Shown in pieces: positions 1 through 13,525 of a stretch of 64,000 nt of DNA (positions are counted from its first letter, which is position 1; every line of letters begins with the position of its first letter). This DNA is from Octopus sinensis (lineage: Eukaryota). The position numbers and the translations under genes were made by a program. The stretch covers positions 14,446,001-14,510,000 of the forward strand of contig NC_043012.1 of the NCBI RefSeq assembly GCF_006345805.1, in the 5' to 3' direction. Under the pieces are notes generated by a model. The model searched no databases and was not told the DNA's origin. It saw nothing but the letters and a program-made list of their open reading frames with translations.

Positions 1-89
1 GTCATAGCCAAGATCCTTGGGACCAGCGGTCAAAGATAACAAAAGTAATAAATGAAGATAATAAAATTAAAATTAGGGAATGGGTCTGT

Positions 90-142
90 ATTTGTATGTA
101 TATATATGTGTGTATGTGTAGGTATGTATAGGTACACATATG

Positions 143-174
<32 letters not shown>

Positions 175-530
175 TATATATATATATATATATATATGAT
201 GTATATGTATGTGTATGTATATATATGTGTGTATGTGTATATATGTGTATATAGGGACTAGTGTGCTGTGTGTGCATGTGTGTATGTGTGTATGTATATA
301 TATTTTTCTGTGTGTATATGTATGTTTGGTCGTGTGTGTATATATACATGTGTGTATACGTGTATGCATGTGAGTGAGTGTATGTATATATATATATGTG
401 TATGTGTAGATATGTATATGTATGTGTATGTGTATATATATGTATATGTGTGTGTGTGTATGTATGTGTGTATGTATATATGTATGTATGTGTGTGTATA
501 TATGTATACATATGTGTATAGGTATAAGTG
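90..530. repeat. Compound (TA)/(TG) microsatellite
   Basis: Directly visible; explains the HT/YI-rich ORFs. Confidence 0.95.
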
Positions 531-534
531 AGAA

Positions 535-874
535 TCTCCTTATTTACCTAAAACTCTATTCTTTTTTATATATATTTTTTTATTTTTTTATTTATTCTTT
601 TATCTAATTTACCACTGACTCCTTGACCACTCCCCCAAGTATGATATTTTGCGCTATGCCTACCCCCAAAAAGTCCCCCACCACCACCCCCTTAAACCTG
701 CCTAAATGTATAAATGCCAATACAATTCTTGTTAACTAGCTTCCTGAAGATTTCTCTTGAATGAAACAGTTCTAGTCCTGTAGAAGCTCCTTCTATATAA
801 TAAATTAATTTTACTCTGCTATGTATTGAGTACCTTATTTACTGTGGTTAACCCCGAATCAACCCGGGACCTAC

Positions 875-875
<1 letters not shown>
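535..875 (+). mobile_element. Penelope-like element pseudo-LTR fragment (TATA - hammerhead - AATAAA)
   Basis: TATAAAT at 709-715, hammerhead at 738-788, AATAAA at 799-804. This layout is typical of Penelope-like element (PLE) terminal repeats. Confidence 0.45.
738..788 (+). ncRNA. Type I minimal hammerhead ribozyme candidate
   Basis: AGCTTC-CTGAAGA-t TTC tctt GAA t-GAAA-CAG ttctagtc CTG-TA-GAAGCT. Stem I is 6 bp, the core is intact, the triplet is GUA, and the 10.1/11.1 pair is U.U. Confidence 0.6.
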
Positions 876-923
<48 letters not shown>

Positions 924-997
924 ATATATATTATATATATATATTATATTGATGATTTTGAAATTATAATTATTTACCCATATATTATTATTATATA

Positions 998-1260
<263 letters not shown>

Positions 1261-2015
1261 TAGATTGAGCGATGAAAAACAGACAACAGAATGACAAAGT
1301 CACAGACAAGGCAGCAAGAGAACGGTTATTTTTACTTCTATTTCAGTAGTTTAGTTTCTTTTAAGGATACATTTTCATTTATTGAGACTGATAGGGACAC
1401 ACTTCTTAGCCTCTATCCCCTATCGTTGTGAATTGGCATTTTTCAGAACAGAACGTGGTGGCCTTGTCACTCATCTCAGACTTTTCTTTGTATCTGGTTA
1501 CGGCAGCTGCTTTTGTTGACATTTGTTAAGTCTGTCATAGTTTCCAGCGACCGAAATCCGAGACTACGGCATGACCAAGCGTGACAACAAGACCGTGTGG
1601 TTAATTGTTTCTTCCCAATCTAAACATATTTGTCACTAACTTTATTAAACTATTATAGGCATCAGCGGTCTCTGTTCCGATTACAAATGCTTTGAGTCTT
1701 CTGCTTCTCACACAATTTATATTTCAGCTTTTTAAAACTTTACTACAGAGTGATTTTCTGCCATCATTTTACCACATCATTGTTCAAAGTCAGCTACGTT
1801 TTATGATTGTTCGCAATTTCTGTTTTACTTGTCTTTTCTTCACACATCTCTCTATTTCTTCCTTTATTCTTTCTTGTCTTGTCGCCATTCGAATTACTTT
1901 TCAATCGTTCCTCACTATTTCTTGTAGTTTTACAATAAATCATTTATAATAGATTTCTAATTGCCTGTATTTGTAGTAAATATAATCTGTACCGTTTCTG
2001 GGTATTGTATTCTTT

Positions 2016-2104
<89 letters not shown>

Positions 2105-2217
2105 CACTCTCTCGCTATACATATATATAATATATATAATATATATATATATAATATATATATATATAAAACTTTTCAGGATTAACTAAAATGACAACAA
2201 ACAGAAAATATGATATA

Positions 2218-2271
<54 letters not shown>

Positions 2272-2363
2272 AAAATGAGGGTGAGAAATTGGATATTAAT
2301 TTAATTAACATCAATTTACCACCAGTGGTCGAGCATATTAAAATCTGAAGGTCCAGTAAATTG

Positions 2364-2615
2364 GGATCTTTTCACTTTGACCGGCAGATTTTTAAAATAA
2401 TTTCTTTGTAACTAAACACTTTTAAACTTCGTATACTGGTAGTGTGTTACATAAAACATCTTTTTCTCTTGGCTTTCTTGAGAAAATTCTGTAGTTTGTA
2501 AGCTATTTGTCGTTTAATTTCTTGCATTTCGGCAATTTCAACCAATCAATGACGTCTATTGAGGTGAATACAATTTCTGCCGTAGTTTGTCAACAACATT
2601 TTCTGGCGGTGTCAT
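2364..2615. mobile_element. Partial copy of GGATC-TIR MITE family
   Basis: Starts GGATCTTTTCACTTTGACCGGCAG and matches the first ~190 nt of the copy at 55799. Confidence 0.75.
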
Positions 2616-2756
2616 ATCAATGTGTATATGTATGTATGTATAGCCATATGTGCATATGTATGACTATATTTAAATATACATATATATATAAACATATATA
2701 TATATACATTTATACACGTATATATTTTATATAAATACATACACTACACACACACA

Positions 2757-3049
2757 ACGCGTGGTTTAGTGGTTAGAGCATTTGGCTTACGATAGGAAGT
2801 TTGTGAGTTCGATTCCCGGTGATACGTGTTTTCCTTGCAGAAATCACTTTATTTCACATTGCTCCAGTACATTCAGCTGGCAAAAATTATTAGTATTTAG
2901 ATTTCAAAGGGCAAGCCTTATCACATCCTATTTCACCCTTAGCTCCCTGAGAAGTACGTTAAGGGCACACGTGTCTGTGGAGTACCCAATCACTTCCACG
3001 TTAATTTCATGAACAGGCTGGTACTCTCACCGTAACCGACGGAGTGCCA
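2757..3049 (+). mobile_element. tRNA-derived SINE with CORE-like segment
   Basis: A box TGGTTTAGTGG and B box GTTCGATTCC, followed by a CORE-like ...tttatttcacattgctccagt... segment. Confidence 0.65.
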
Positions 3050-3513
3050 GTTGTTTATTCATATATATATGTGCGTGTGTATAAAGAGTTTTTATAGTCT
3101 ATCAAACAAACGTATATACATACATAATTCCTGTCTTAGTGTGTTTGTAAGGTATCAATTCTGTATGAAGATTTACTACTTCAGTCCTACGTTTAATTCT
3201 CTCTCTCTCTCTCTCTCTCTTTCTCTTTCTCTCTCGCACTCATTTAATGAAGTCCTAAAATCTTAAGCAATCCGCTTCACTTCTTTAAAATGCTTGGTAG
3301 AAATACAAAATAGAATCTTTTGATCAGCACTCACAGTCTAAATTAATCGATATTAAACACAGGCTAGTCTGAGTACCACGTAACGTTGCACTATCAAACC
3401 AAACTATCACATAAAACATCTGAATCTTTCCCATAATCTACCTCTGTCTGATCGCTCTAATTAACCGCAACATTCTTTTGAATTTCAGATTTCGTACCTT
3501 TCTATTTATTTCT

Positions 3514-3549
<36 letters not shown>

Positions 3550-4498
3550 TATTATTATTATTATTATTATTATCATCATTATCATCATCATTATTACACG
3601 TTCCACAAAATTGTTTTACTCTTTGATGAAGTTTGATTCAAATAGGTGCAACTTGCCTTATTAATTTAATTACTTTATTCAAATTATTGGTTTTTGCACA
3701 ATAATCTTTGCAATCTTTGTAACCCTTTGACTGTTGTTTAAAAAAAACATTTATTCTTGGAAAAAAAATTTCTACTTGAATACATTTTGTATTTCCTAAT
3801 ATAATAATTTCGTGCAAGTAGTTAAAAACATTCAAACGCTTCATTTTGCCAAATTAGATATATGTGCAAATGGAAGTTCGGTTAACCTTATTAGAAACGA
3901 TCTCACTTCTGTGTAAACAACAATGGTTTTCTTTCTCGCTGCAATGTTAATATTCGTCAGAGAATTTTAGTTCTAATTTATAAGAGAGGGAGACATACAA
4001 CATTGCGAACACATTCATCAATTATTTAGTGTAACAAGGACAACACGGTGACTGAGAAGGTAAACCGTGTGACTAAATTTCATGAATCCCTGCTATGATC
4101 AAGTTTAGAAGTTATCCAACTATGTAGGGTAAATAAAGAAATCGGAGTACATAACAATACAGTTTCCTTGGAGAATCTAATTTCGTGCATAATTAACAAC
4201 ATTCTATAGTTTCTTAAATATATGAATAGAAAGACTATACCAGCCATACTACGCAACGTAATTAAGTGGGCCGAGCAACAAAGTTTATAAATAAAATCAA
4301 ATTTCCTGGCTATTCTTGTAACTACTTCACATTTTCTTCATTCCAAGAAGTGCCTCTGCTTGTCTTAAAGGTCTTGACTTCGATTTTTAATTAACAATCG
4401 TGTCATTATTATTAGAATGGACAATGTTTTACAAATAATTTTTTTGAATTTTCAATGCACATAATTTTAATATTTATTTTTGTTTTGTTTTTTTATAG

Positions 4499-4583
4499 TG
4501 GCTATTTATCTTCTGCTAAAGCCTTGGACAGGGAAATGAAAGACAAATATAAATTGATTGTTCAAGTTTCTGATGGTGTTCAC
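4499..4583 (+). CDS. Cadherin-repeat protein, internal exon 1 of 8 in window
   Basis: Acceptor ttttatAG and donor CAC|gtgagt. Encodes xGYLSSAKALDREMKDKYKLIVQVSDGVH (LDRE and VSDG motifs). Starts in phase 2, so upstream exons lie outside the window. Confidence 0.85.
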
Positions 4584-5635
4584 GTGAGTCATAGTTTAAT
4601 TGTCTGTTTTTAGACTTAAATATCAAAACTGTTGCGCTGTTTTACAAATGATTAGCTAAATCCATGGCACTTAAATTCTTTTGTTATTTTCTATGGAGAG
4701 AGTCTTATTTTTTCTGGTATTTAATTCTCGGTGGCTAATGGATTCAAACTAACAATTCTCTTCAATTTACATTTCGTTCGTTCATTTTCTTTTTGACTTC
4801 CCATGCTACTCATTCTATCCTGATTTGTAATTTCCTCGTTAACTTTTCATTACAATGCACCATTATTTAATTCAAGTCAGGTACAAGGCTATAAATATTT
4901 CGGACTGTGAAAATGGGATCTGGCGACGTTCGTATATTCCTCCTCGTCATTAAGATTCAATAAAGTCAAATGACTATAACATCTGTCCAACTAAATAACA
5001 AGAGATTTCACTGAACAGGAATTTATTCCAAAGTAATGTCCCCGTGTTCATATATTATGATTAACTACAACATAATGGTGATGAACTGGTGGAATCGGTA
5101 GAGTGTCGGACAAAAATGTACTTTACGCTGTGCGATCAAATTCAACTGGAGTCAACAGGATTATTCATCCTTACAAGATTAATAAAATAAAAGTTGATGT
5201 AATGGACTATTCTTCTTTCCTTAAAACTGCAGGTCTTGTACCCTATTTAGAAAACATCATTAGCTACAATATCTATATTTCTTGCAAATAAAAGTAAGAG
5301 CCAAGTAAGAGATTCCATATTCAGGCCCCTTTACAAATATTTCAACTCTTACCCCACATTCTCTATTATATCTTTAGAAATGCCACACTTAGTGATCTCT
5401 TTTACCTTTGCAGTATTTAGTTAATCATTATTCGGTAGTAATGCTTATCTATATACAAGTATGGTATCGATTAATTAAACATATGAAGCTTGCCACATTA
5501 AATACTTTGTATTTATTTCACAAGTTATTTCCTTTGCCGATGATAGCGTGGGTATCTGTATTGTTTTATTACCATAATAATGTATGTACATTCTCTGTAA
5601 ATGCATGTTTCCCTCCAGTGAATAACTGTGTCACT

Positions 5636-5742
5636 AAAGAAATCGACCCCAGTGCGTAGCTGGTACTTAATTTAACGACCCCGAAAGGATAAAAGGCAAA
5701 GTCGACCACGGCGGAATTTGACCTCAGAACGTAACGGCAGAC
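5636..5742 (-). mobile_element. SINE family A (Meta-domain-like), partial
   Basis: Matches the recurrent GGTCGACTTTGCCTTTCATCCTTTCGGGGTCG...AAGTACCAG module. Confidence 0.85.
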
Positions 5743-5769
5743 GTGGGTTTAATTTTTGAATTGCCAAAG

Positions 5770-6130
5770 ATATCAGAATAATAACGAATTACCGGTGGAG
5801 ATGATACGTCACATTCCAGACTATAGCCTAGTATTGGAGAGGCGAGATACAAGGGCCATAGTTGTGACGCTGATTCTAAGATCATAGTAAACTTTGCAGC
5901 AGAGTACAGGGAAGTAGTGAGTGCAGATGACTCAAGAAATAACATGTGGTTGAGTGAGAGCCTGCTAGAACATGCAAGTTCTGATGGCTCAGGAAGACCA
6001 TTGTTTGGGGAAAAAGTAAAATGAATAGATTGGTAGGACAATGCAAAATACCCAGCTGCTATTCATGTAGTAGTAATATCCACTCGAGGGTCTTCTGCTC
6101 AGAAGAGCAGAAAAGCGGAAAACGATGTCT
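5770..6130 (+). pseudogene. Highly degenerate ORF1/Gag-like relic with CCHC knuckle
   Basis: 6057-6098 encodes CYSCSSNIHSRVFC (C-X2-C-X4-H-X4-C). Upstream frameshifted PS..LERRDTRAIV resembles LPTYLGRRTSRVWV of the 59.7-kb copy. Confidence 0.4.
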
Positions 6131-8289
6131 AATAACAGCAGAAACGCGCCACAACTTTTTTGTTCCTGTATATTAGTAGTCTCTTCTCTGAGGGTAGCCA
6201 GAAAATTCGCTTCGTTTTCAGTGCCAGAAGTCGATAAGGCAGAAGCTCTTGGGATCCACACCAGTTGTATCATTCCATTATCTTGCAACGATAAGAAGGA
6301 AGGCGGATAATGGCAACAAGCTATCTTGAACAATGGTAAAATGGCAAACGTGCTCCAAGAAAGGTGAGTTTATGTGAAACTTGTGAGAGAAAACCCGCCT
6401 TCCTCGAGAACTATAAGAATTTCATTTCTTTGAATCAATGATCAAGGAAAAGATAAAGTACAAACTGAGATGATGCCCGCGTGTGTAGAAGATGCAGGCC
6501 CAAAACTATTAAAGAAAACCATTTTCAGAGATAATAAACGTTTAGGCTGGAACTATTAAGAAAACAGTTTTGAAACGTTCAGAATTTTCATGATGCGTTG
6601 TTCTATTTCTAATTTCATATCAGTTCCTTTGGTAAATCTATGCAATTTCTAAAGGAATGTTCTTTGTGTATTATCTGTGCTGAAGAACTTGAGGTCATCT
6701 TTGTTGTAAACGATTGTTTTAATACAGCATTTGTATATAAGCTCATTTCTGTCGAAAAGTTTTGATTATAGGTGATGCGAAAATAAGTTTCAAGCAAATA
6801 ATGGAATCAGTTAAATTGACTGAACCTCTTTTCCTGACGAAAAAGTGCGTGATCATCGAACTGTGACTGAACTGGTAACTTTTGTTGTTCTGTCGATAAA
6901 ATAGCGGTTACCGAAATACTGGGGTCGAGGGACTAGGATAGAAATCATTATTAATGCTATTGTTTAACGTTTGATAAAATATCATATTCGTGTGTATGTG
7001 CATACATCTATGTGTGCGTGTATGCGTATATGTATGTATGTGGCAAGGTATATATACCTGCGTATACAGGGGTGATGATACATGCAGATGAACGTATAAG
7101 TGAGCGTGCATGAGTGCATATGCATGCGAGTAAGGATTGTATGTGTAACTTGTCTGATATATACATGTATATGCATCTTCACATATATATTTTCTTATAT
7201 TACTAAGCACTGAACGTATAGATTCCTTAATTCTTCATAATACTAACACCATCTCTCTGCCCCTACACTTAGACTCTACTACTATACATTCGTCATTCCT
7301 TTTCCTCTTACCCCCCCCCCATTCCTTCTATACAAATATTGAGATCTTTCTACTCATCTATATCCCTCCTTCTATAATGTGCGACATCGTACTCAAAGTT
7401 AGAAAATTCTATTTAGATTTGTTACTGTTGTTGTTGGTGTTGGTGTTGTTTTAATGGACGTTTCCAATTTGGTTAATTGTTTTCTTCTCTTTTGTTTTCT
7501 AATAATTTATGAATGTATTATTTAAAATGAGGAAAAAATTGTGTCTAGAAGAGTTCGGTTTTTGTGTTCGTTACTTGTTTCCACCTTCGAGGCTGAGATT
7601 TATTTTCAATATAGCAACGATGGTGATTGCTATTGAAGACGATTCCCAAAGCAGTAGCGAATGTTTATTATATTCCCAGCAGTGAGAAAAAACAGTAAAT
7701 TATTATGCTAAAGATAATATTACTAAGTTCTGCAATATTCACGCACAATTAGAATGCAAAAGATATAAACGTTAATACTAACAATTACAAAAATAAACAA
7801 CAGCAAAAACAACATTCCCGTGGTCTCTCGATCTGGTAAAATAAATAACTAAATACCCACTTTAAATTCTTATGAACATCAGATAATACTGGTTTTCAAT
7901 GTTGGAACAAGGCCAGTAGGTTGGGAGTAGGGGATAGGTTGATTCTATCGATTCTAGTGTTCAAATGCTACATATATTTTGCTGACCCCAATAAGGATGG
8001 ATAGCAAAGTCGACCTCGGAAGGATATGAACTCAGACCGTAAAAAAGGGTCAGCCAGCTTGCCCTTTTCTTACATTCAGATAATATTAACTCTTGATACT
8101 CCTAAAAAAATATAGAATGATCTCCGTGTGACGTCTTTGATAAGTCTGCTCCATTGGGGTTTACCTGGGGTTAAACTGTAGATATACTATCGACAAATGC
8201 GAAAAAAATATAGTATCTACACAAAAATGAACAGCAACAGAAAAATACATTTTATTGGGGGGTTAAAATTTTTTTTATAGAAGCGCGTA

Positions 8290-8890
8290 CGGCTACATGT
8301 GAATAGTTAGAATCAGATAGTTTCAGGGTGGATCGATTAAAGATAGAATGATATTTATGTTGTCGAGGGAAGTTAGTCTAGTATTCTAAAGAAGGATTTA
8401 GCTAAGTTCTTAAAGTTAAGTGAGAATGGTGGTGTGTACCATAAAATAGAGCGACCGCCACTTTTTTTAGGGGGTCTGGGAATAGAGCTATCTAAGTTGT
8501 TTGATAAATGAATGGTATCTATCTTTCTGGGTAAGGTGTGGGGTAAGCGCGGCCTGTTATTATTAGTTGTTTTATTTATTTTCTTGTTTTTGACGCCTAA
8601 TGTTAAATGAATGCGTGTGGAGTCTAAAGGCCTTCCATGGTTTCATCGACTGTGTGTGGTTGGCTACGATTGTGATAGTTGTTGCGTGTTTGAGACGTGA
8701 TTTGAGATATGTATAGCTTGAGCCTGGTGTTATGGATGTATTCTATCTGTTAGGAAAAGCCGCTAGCAGCGAGTGCTTGATTATAATATGGTGCGTGATT
8801 ATTGAAGAGGTCTTCAGTGGAAGAGAGGTCAGATATGCGGGTTGAGATGCCCTTGATTATGTTATTAAAAGTGGATGTGTGGTGATTGGA
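8290..8890 (-). mobile_element. Penelope-like element, RT C-terminus/linker fragment
   Basis: [38 protein letters not shown], then ILWYTPPFSLNFKNLAKSFFRILD...FNRSTLKLS, similar to the PLE W(F/Y)NPPFS and FNRNTVKLSY motifs. Confidence 0.75.
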
Positions 8891-8993
8891 ATGGATGTGT
8901 GTGCGTGTGTATGTTTGTGTGTTTTGTGGTAGTGGGGATGTTATGCGTGTGTACGAGAGCGTATGTGCAGGTGAATGTGTATTTGTGTCTTTG

Positions 8994-8994
<1 letters not shown>

Positions 8995-9025
<31 letters not shown>

Positions 9026-9202
9026 TGATGTATATATGTTTATATGTGTATATGTATATCTGTATATGTGTGCATGTCTGTATATGTATATATTTATATG
9101 TATATATATATATATATGAATATAGATATATATATATATATATACGCATATATACATGAATAGATTTATATGAATATATATATATATATATATCTATATA
9201 TA

Positions 9203-9237
<35 letters not shown>

Positions 9238-9250
9238 TACATATATTCAT

Positions 9251-9315
<65 letters not shown>

Positions 9316-9365
9316 AAAATAGATAGATAGATAGGTAGATAGAAAAATAGATAGATAGATAGATG
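8995..9365. repeat. (TA)n/(AGAT)n compound microsatellite
   Basis: Directly visible. Confidence 0.95.
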
Positions 9366-9729
9366 TAAATGCAAGTATGTGAAGTATTATTACCGCTATA
9401 AACAGTAGTAATGAGGCTGTTACGAAGACTTCTACCTATACAGCTACAATATATAATAATTGAATAAAAGATTAATAAAGTTACTGCTTGCTAAATATCA
9501 AAGCTACAGCTTCAAGACACCACCAATCTTATTAAATTCAATAACCACCACAAACCATAACTCTAGATATTTTCCACTTCACGTCCATTCAAAATATCGA
9601 GTCTGGGATTTAACAATCTAACTTATAAAAATTAAGCACATAACTTATATGTATTCTTATATATGTGTGTGTGTATGTATATATATATAGACACACCCAC
9701 CAACGGGCACGCACACACATATATACGCT

Positions 9730-9789
<60 letters not shown>

Positions 9790-9994
9790 ATAGTTCAAAT
9801 AAACCGGCAACAATATTAACGGACATGAGTAGTGCACAAGAATTGCGTTACCTCGGTAAAAAATGATTTCGATGTTTTAATCATAACTCTTCGTCAGAAA
9901 GGAGAAACTGAAAATTTTAAAGAACGAAACGAACTCGCCAACAACAGCACGTGTGTAGCACATTACTATGTATGTATGTATATATATATGTACT

Positions 9995-10150
9995 ACAGGC
10001 TTCTTTTCAGTTTCCCTCTACGAAATCCAACCACAATTCTTTGGTCGGCTCGTGGCTTAGTAGAAAACACTTGCCCAATGTGCTACTCAATGGAACTGAA
10101 CCCGGAACTATGAGACTGGGAAGCAAACTTCTTACCATACAGCCACACGC
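9995..10150 (-). mobile_element. SINE family B (CORE-like), 5' part
   Basis: Matches the head of family B copies at 15434 and 26815. Confidence 0.75.
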
Positions 10151-10505
10151 CTTTATACATACATACATACATGCATACATACATACATATATACATATAC
10201 TGTTACATTATTTACTATTGTGTGACAGTCCATTTATATAAATAAATTGTTAAATGGAAAGGATTCAGCATAGCATTACATGTATTACTAACCATACGTA
10301 ACTCTTTCCCCGAGTAATCAGTCGTGTTTAAGGCTGTTCCTTCGTCTGAATATTTGTAGATAGTTAGTTCATTATATAGTTATCTGCAGCCATATTCAGC
10401 GTAGTCCTATACATTTGAATATGGAAAAACAAAACGCTGCACAAGTTGTCTTTAGAGAAGAAATTATCCTTATAGATCATATAGATATAAACGACATCAC
10501 CAGAT

Positions 10506-10550
10506 CGTAGGACGTATACATTTCTGCGTCGTTGCGCTTCATCAGTTACG
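10506..10550 (-). ncRNA. Degenerate minimal hammerhead ribozyme candidate
   Basis: Minus strand CGTAA-CTGATGA-a GCG caacga CGC a-GAAA-tGTATACg-TC-CTACG. The stem III loop is palindromic and the triplet is GUC, with 2-3 mismatches. Confidence 0.4.
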
Positions 10551-11221
10551 TATACCGAGCTGTTGTTCATGATCACTAAGAGACAGTAACGATGCATAAC
10601 AACGAGTAACGATGCAAAAACGCACGCGTTCAGATGTCTGGTAACCTCATTCATGGTCTAGTAATGCTTTTAGACCCATCATGTCTATGAAAAAATTTCC
10701 CACAATGTCTATGACAAAATTCCTCCTAAAACTTGTTCAATATCTCGTCATCTATTTCCAAATCACACGACCATTTTATATATGACTGCTTTATTCAACA
10801 GTTCTTTTTTTTTTTTTTTGTTAATCATTCGCAGTTTCCCTTCTTTGCTTCATACAATAATGCTGACACACTTTTGATTTTCTCTGTACGGGTTTCAAAC
10901 TATTACGAAGTATTCTAAATAATGGAGCACACTCATCAGTTTCTTGTCTTCCCACTGAAGATTACGAAAGGCCGGGAAACTTTGGATTTAAAAGCATGGA
11001 GTAATTTTAGTACATATTTACCATTGTCTTCCTTGTTTATTGATTCCCATGCTAGAAGAAACTCAATGGAAAATAGGTTTTACGTTACGAAATTCTAAGT
11101 TACGGCAATATTTTGAGAAATTCTAAGCTGCTACGGTAATATTCAGTAACACAGGAAATGCATATATGTATATATATGTGTGTGTGTGTGTATGTAAGTA
11201 TATATGCATGTATGTATGTAT

Positions 11222-11452
11222 ATATTTCTTTACTACCCACAAGGGGCAAAACACAGAGGGGACAAACAAGGACAGATAAACGGATTAAGTCGATTACATC
11301 GACCCCAGTGCGTAACTGGTACTTAATTTATCGACCCCGAAAGGATGAAAGGCAAAGTCGACCTCGGCGGAATTTGAACTCAGAACGTAATAGCAGACGA
11401 AATACGGCTACGCATTTCACCCGGCGTGCTAACGTTTCTGCCAGCTCGCCGC
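11222..11452 (-). mobile_element. SINE family A, near full length, tail type a
   Basis: tRNA-like head, Meta-like core, and tail ...GTGGGTAGTAAAGAAAT next to (TA)n. Confidence 0.9.
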
Positions 11453-12667
11453 TTTGTATGTATGTATATGTACACCGCATGTATGTATGTATATGTACAC
11501 ACATACACTCGCACATAGATTGAAAGACAGAGAAACAGACAGAGAGACAAAGAGCATTCAAGTATTGCTGATTATGGATGATTGTCGCTATAACATTTCG
11601 CACACGTCGCGAAAGTAATTTGTAAAAGGTGTGAATTCTACAGAATTGCTATAATTATTAGACATTTTGTCTTCGTCGGAACTTTATAATGAAGTATAAT
11701 TCCAGTTATTGAATAAAAACTGAGATGACGTTAACCAGACACCAAAATGTAATTCAGCAATAAATCAGAAAGTTTTGTGAAATGTCTAATGTTAAAAGCT
11801 CAAAACTCAGATACAGTAATACCTTTAAGATTCTTTTATAATGTAACTGTTTAGTCTGTATATTTACATAAACTATAACACTTTGCAAATAGTGAAATAC
11901 TGACTTTTCCTGTTAGGCTAAAAACCAACAACGTATATATTAAATATTCATGTATCTTTTATGTGAATTTGAATATATTTTGAGTGAATTGACGTAGTTC
12001 TATCAGATCTATCATAACTGCTGTTATTAAAGTGTATTTGAAGACTATAAAATCAATGAGAGAAAATCAAATTGTGGAATGTGCTTTCTACTACACATAT
12101 TAACATAACAGCATATCAAATATTTTAGATTTTGTCAATAGGATCGAGAACCGAAACAAATTTAATTAGATGTGTTTACGGAAGTTGTATATTCTTTATA
12201 TAAACCATATGTTTTACGTAGATAAAATGAAGCCATTTATAATTATACAGACAAATTAGATTGGCAGAATTTTTTTTTATAAGTGGAAGAAAAAATAACA
12301 GTTCCAGAATTCCGATTATTCCAATAAAATAATCTCCGTGTGCATTACATATTTACACTATTAAGAAACATTTTTGATGTATACTTTTTTATGTTAGATG
12401 TTCTATATTCGTATTGATTTGTTTGTCTTTAATTTATAATGAAAGTTTATTCAGTTGAGAATGATGAAAATTAATAATAAAATTAAGCTTCTAACTTTAT
12501 TTGTATAAAAAATATTATAGGTCAATACTCTTGTCAATTTATCTTTGCTGAAAGAATACAACACTACCACACATCACTGAAGGATAGAGATACAGGTTAT
12601 CAGTTCATAACTTATTATTGTTACTCCAGGAAGATATACCTTACTTTCAATTATCCAATATATTCTA

Positions 12668-12778
12668 CAGGGTGTCCACAAAGTCTGGGTACATGGGGAT
12701 TAACACATACTTTAAGAAATTATTATTTCTTGTATTTAATTGATTATGTTATGATACCCAGACTTTGTGTACACCCTG
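12668..12778. mobile_element. 111-bp Tc1/mariner-type MITE
   Basis: 24-bp TIRs CAGGGTGT(C/A)CACAAAGTCTGGGTA with 1 mismatch, flanked by TA on both sides. Confidence 0.9.
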
Positions 12779-13288
12779 TATTTAAAATAGGAACCAAGTT
12801 AGAAACGAACTTGACGACCATATTATTACTTTGAAAATATGCCCTCGAATTCGTCTACTTGTATTTTAAGTGTTTATCAGGAGAGGAGCCCATCCATGTT
12901 GAATTGAATGACTCAGACCCGGAACTTCAAGTGGTTCCTCTATGATACAAAATATTATGAGTTACACTTGTTGATAGCAATATCAAAATGAAAGATAATC
13001 TGGAACTGCTTTAACCTACGATCACATCATCCCCTACAGCTTGCTTGTGTGTTCATGTCATCCACTACACGTCATCCACTACAGCTCACTTGTGCGTTCA
13101 AGAACAATATTCTTTCTAATTTCCCTCTCTTTCGAATTTCCCTGAAACCCTGTTTTATCAAGTTTAATGATTTTTGTATGAAATGTTCGATGCGTATGAG
13201 AGTTGCACTTATACAAGAATTCTTTTAAAATTTTATTGCATATAATCTCATTCTCAGTCTCTCGATAGTTTTTCTTTTCCGGTTCTTG

Positions 13289-13289
<1 letters not shown>

Positions 13290-13344
<55 letters not shown>

Positions 13345-13525
13345 CATCATCATCATTACTATTATTATTTCGGGGTCGATGAATTAAGTACCAGTGAAAC
13401 ATTGGGGTCGATGCAATCGTTTTATCCCCTCCCCCCAAAATGGCTGCCCTTTTGGCAAAATTTGAAGCCACTATTATCATTATCATCATCATCATCATCA
13501 TTATTATTATTATTATTATTATTAT
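13290..13525 (+). repeat. (TTA)n tracts flanking a 3' fragment of SINE family A
   Basis: SINE fragment at ~13368-13452 lies between (TTA)n and (ATC/ATT)n tracts. Confidence 0.85.

Noticed and set aside
10951-11000. CTGAAGA...GAAA hammerhead-like string
   Set aside because: No stem II, C instead of U at 16.1, and only a 3-bp stem I.
12521-12595. Possible cadherin exon after tatAG (VNTLVNLSLLKE...)
   Set aside because: There is an in-frame TGA before any donor, no DxND motif, and exons 1 and 2 already join seamlessly (VSDGVH|KVESTV).
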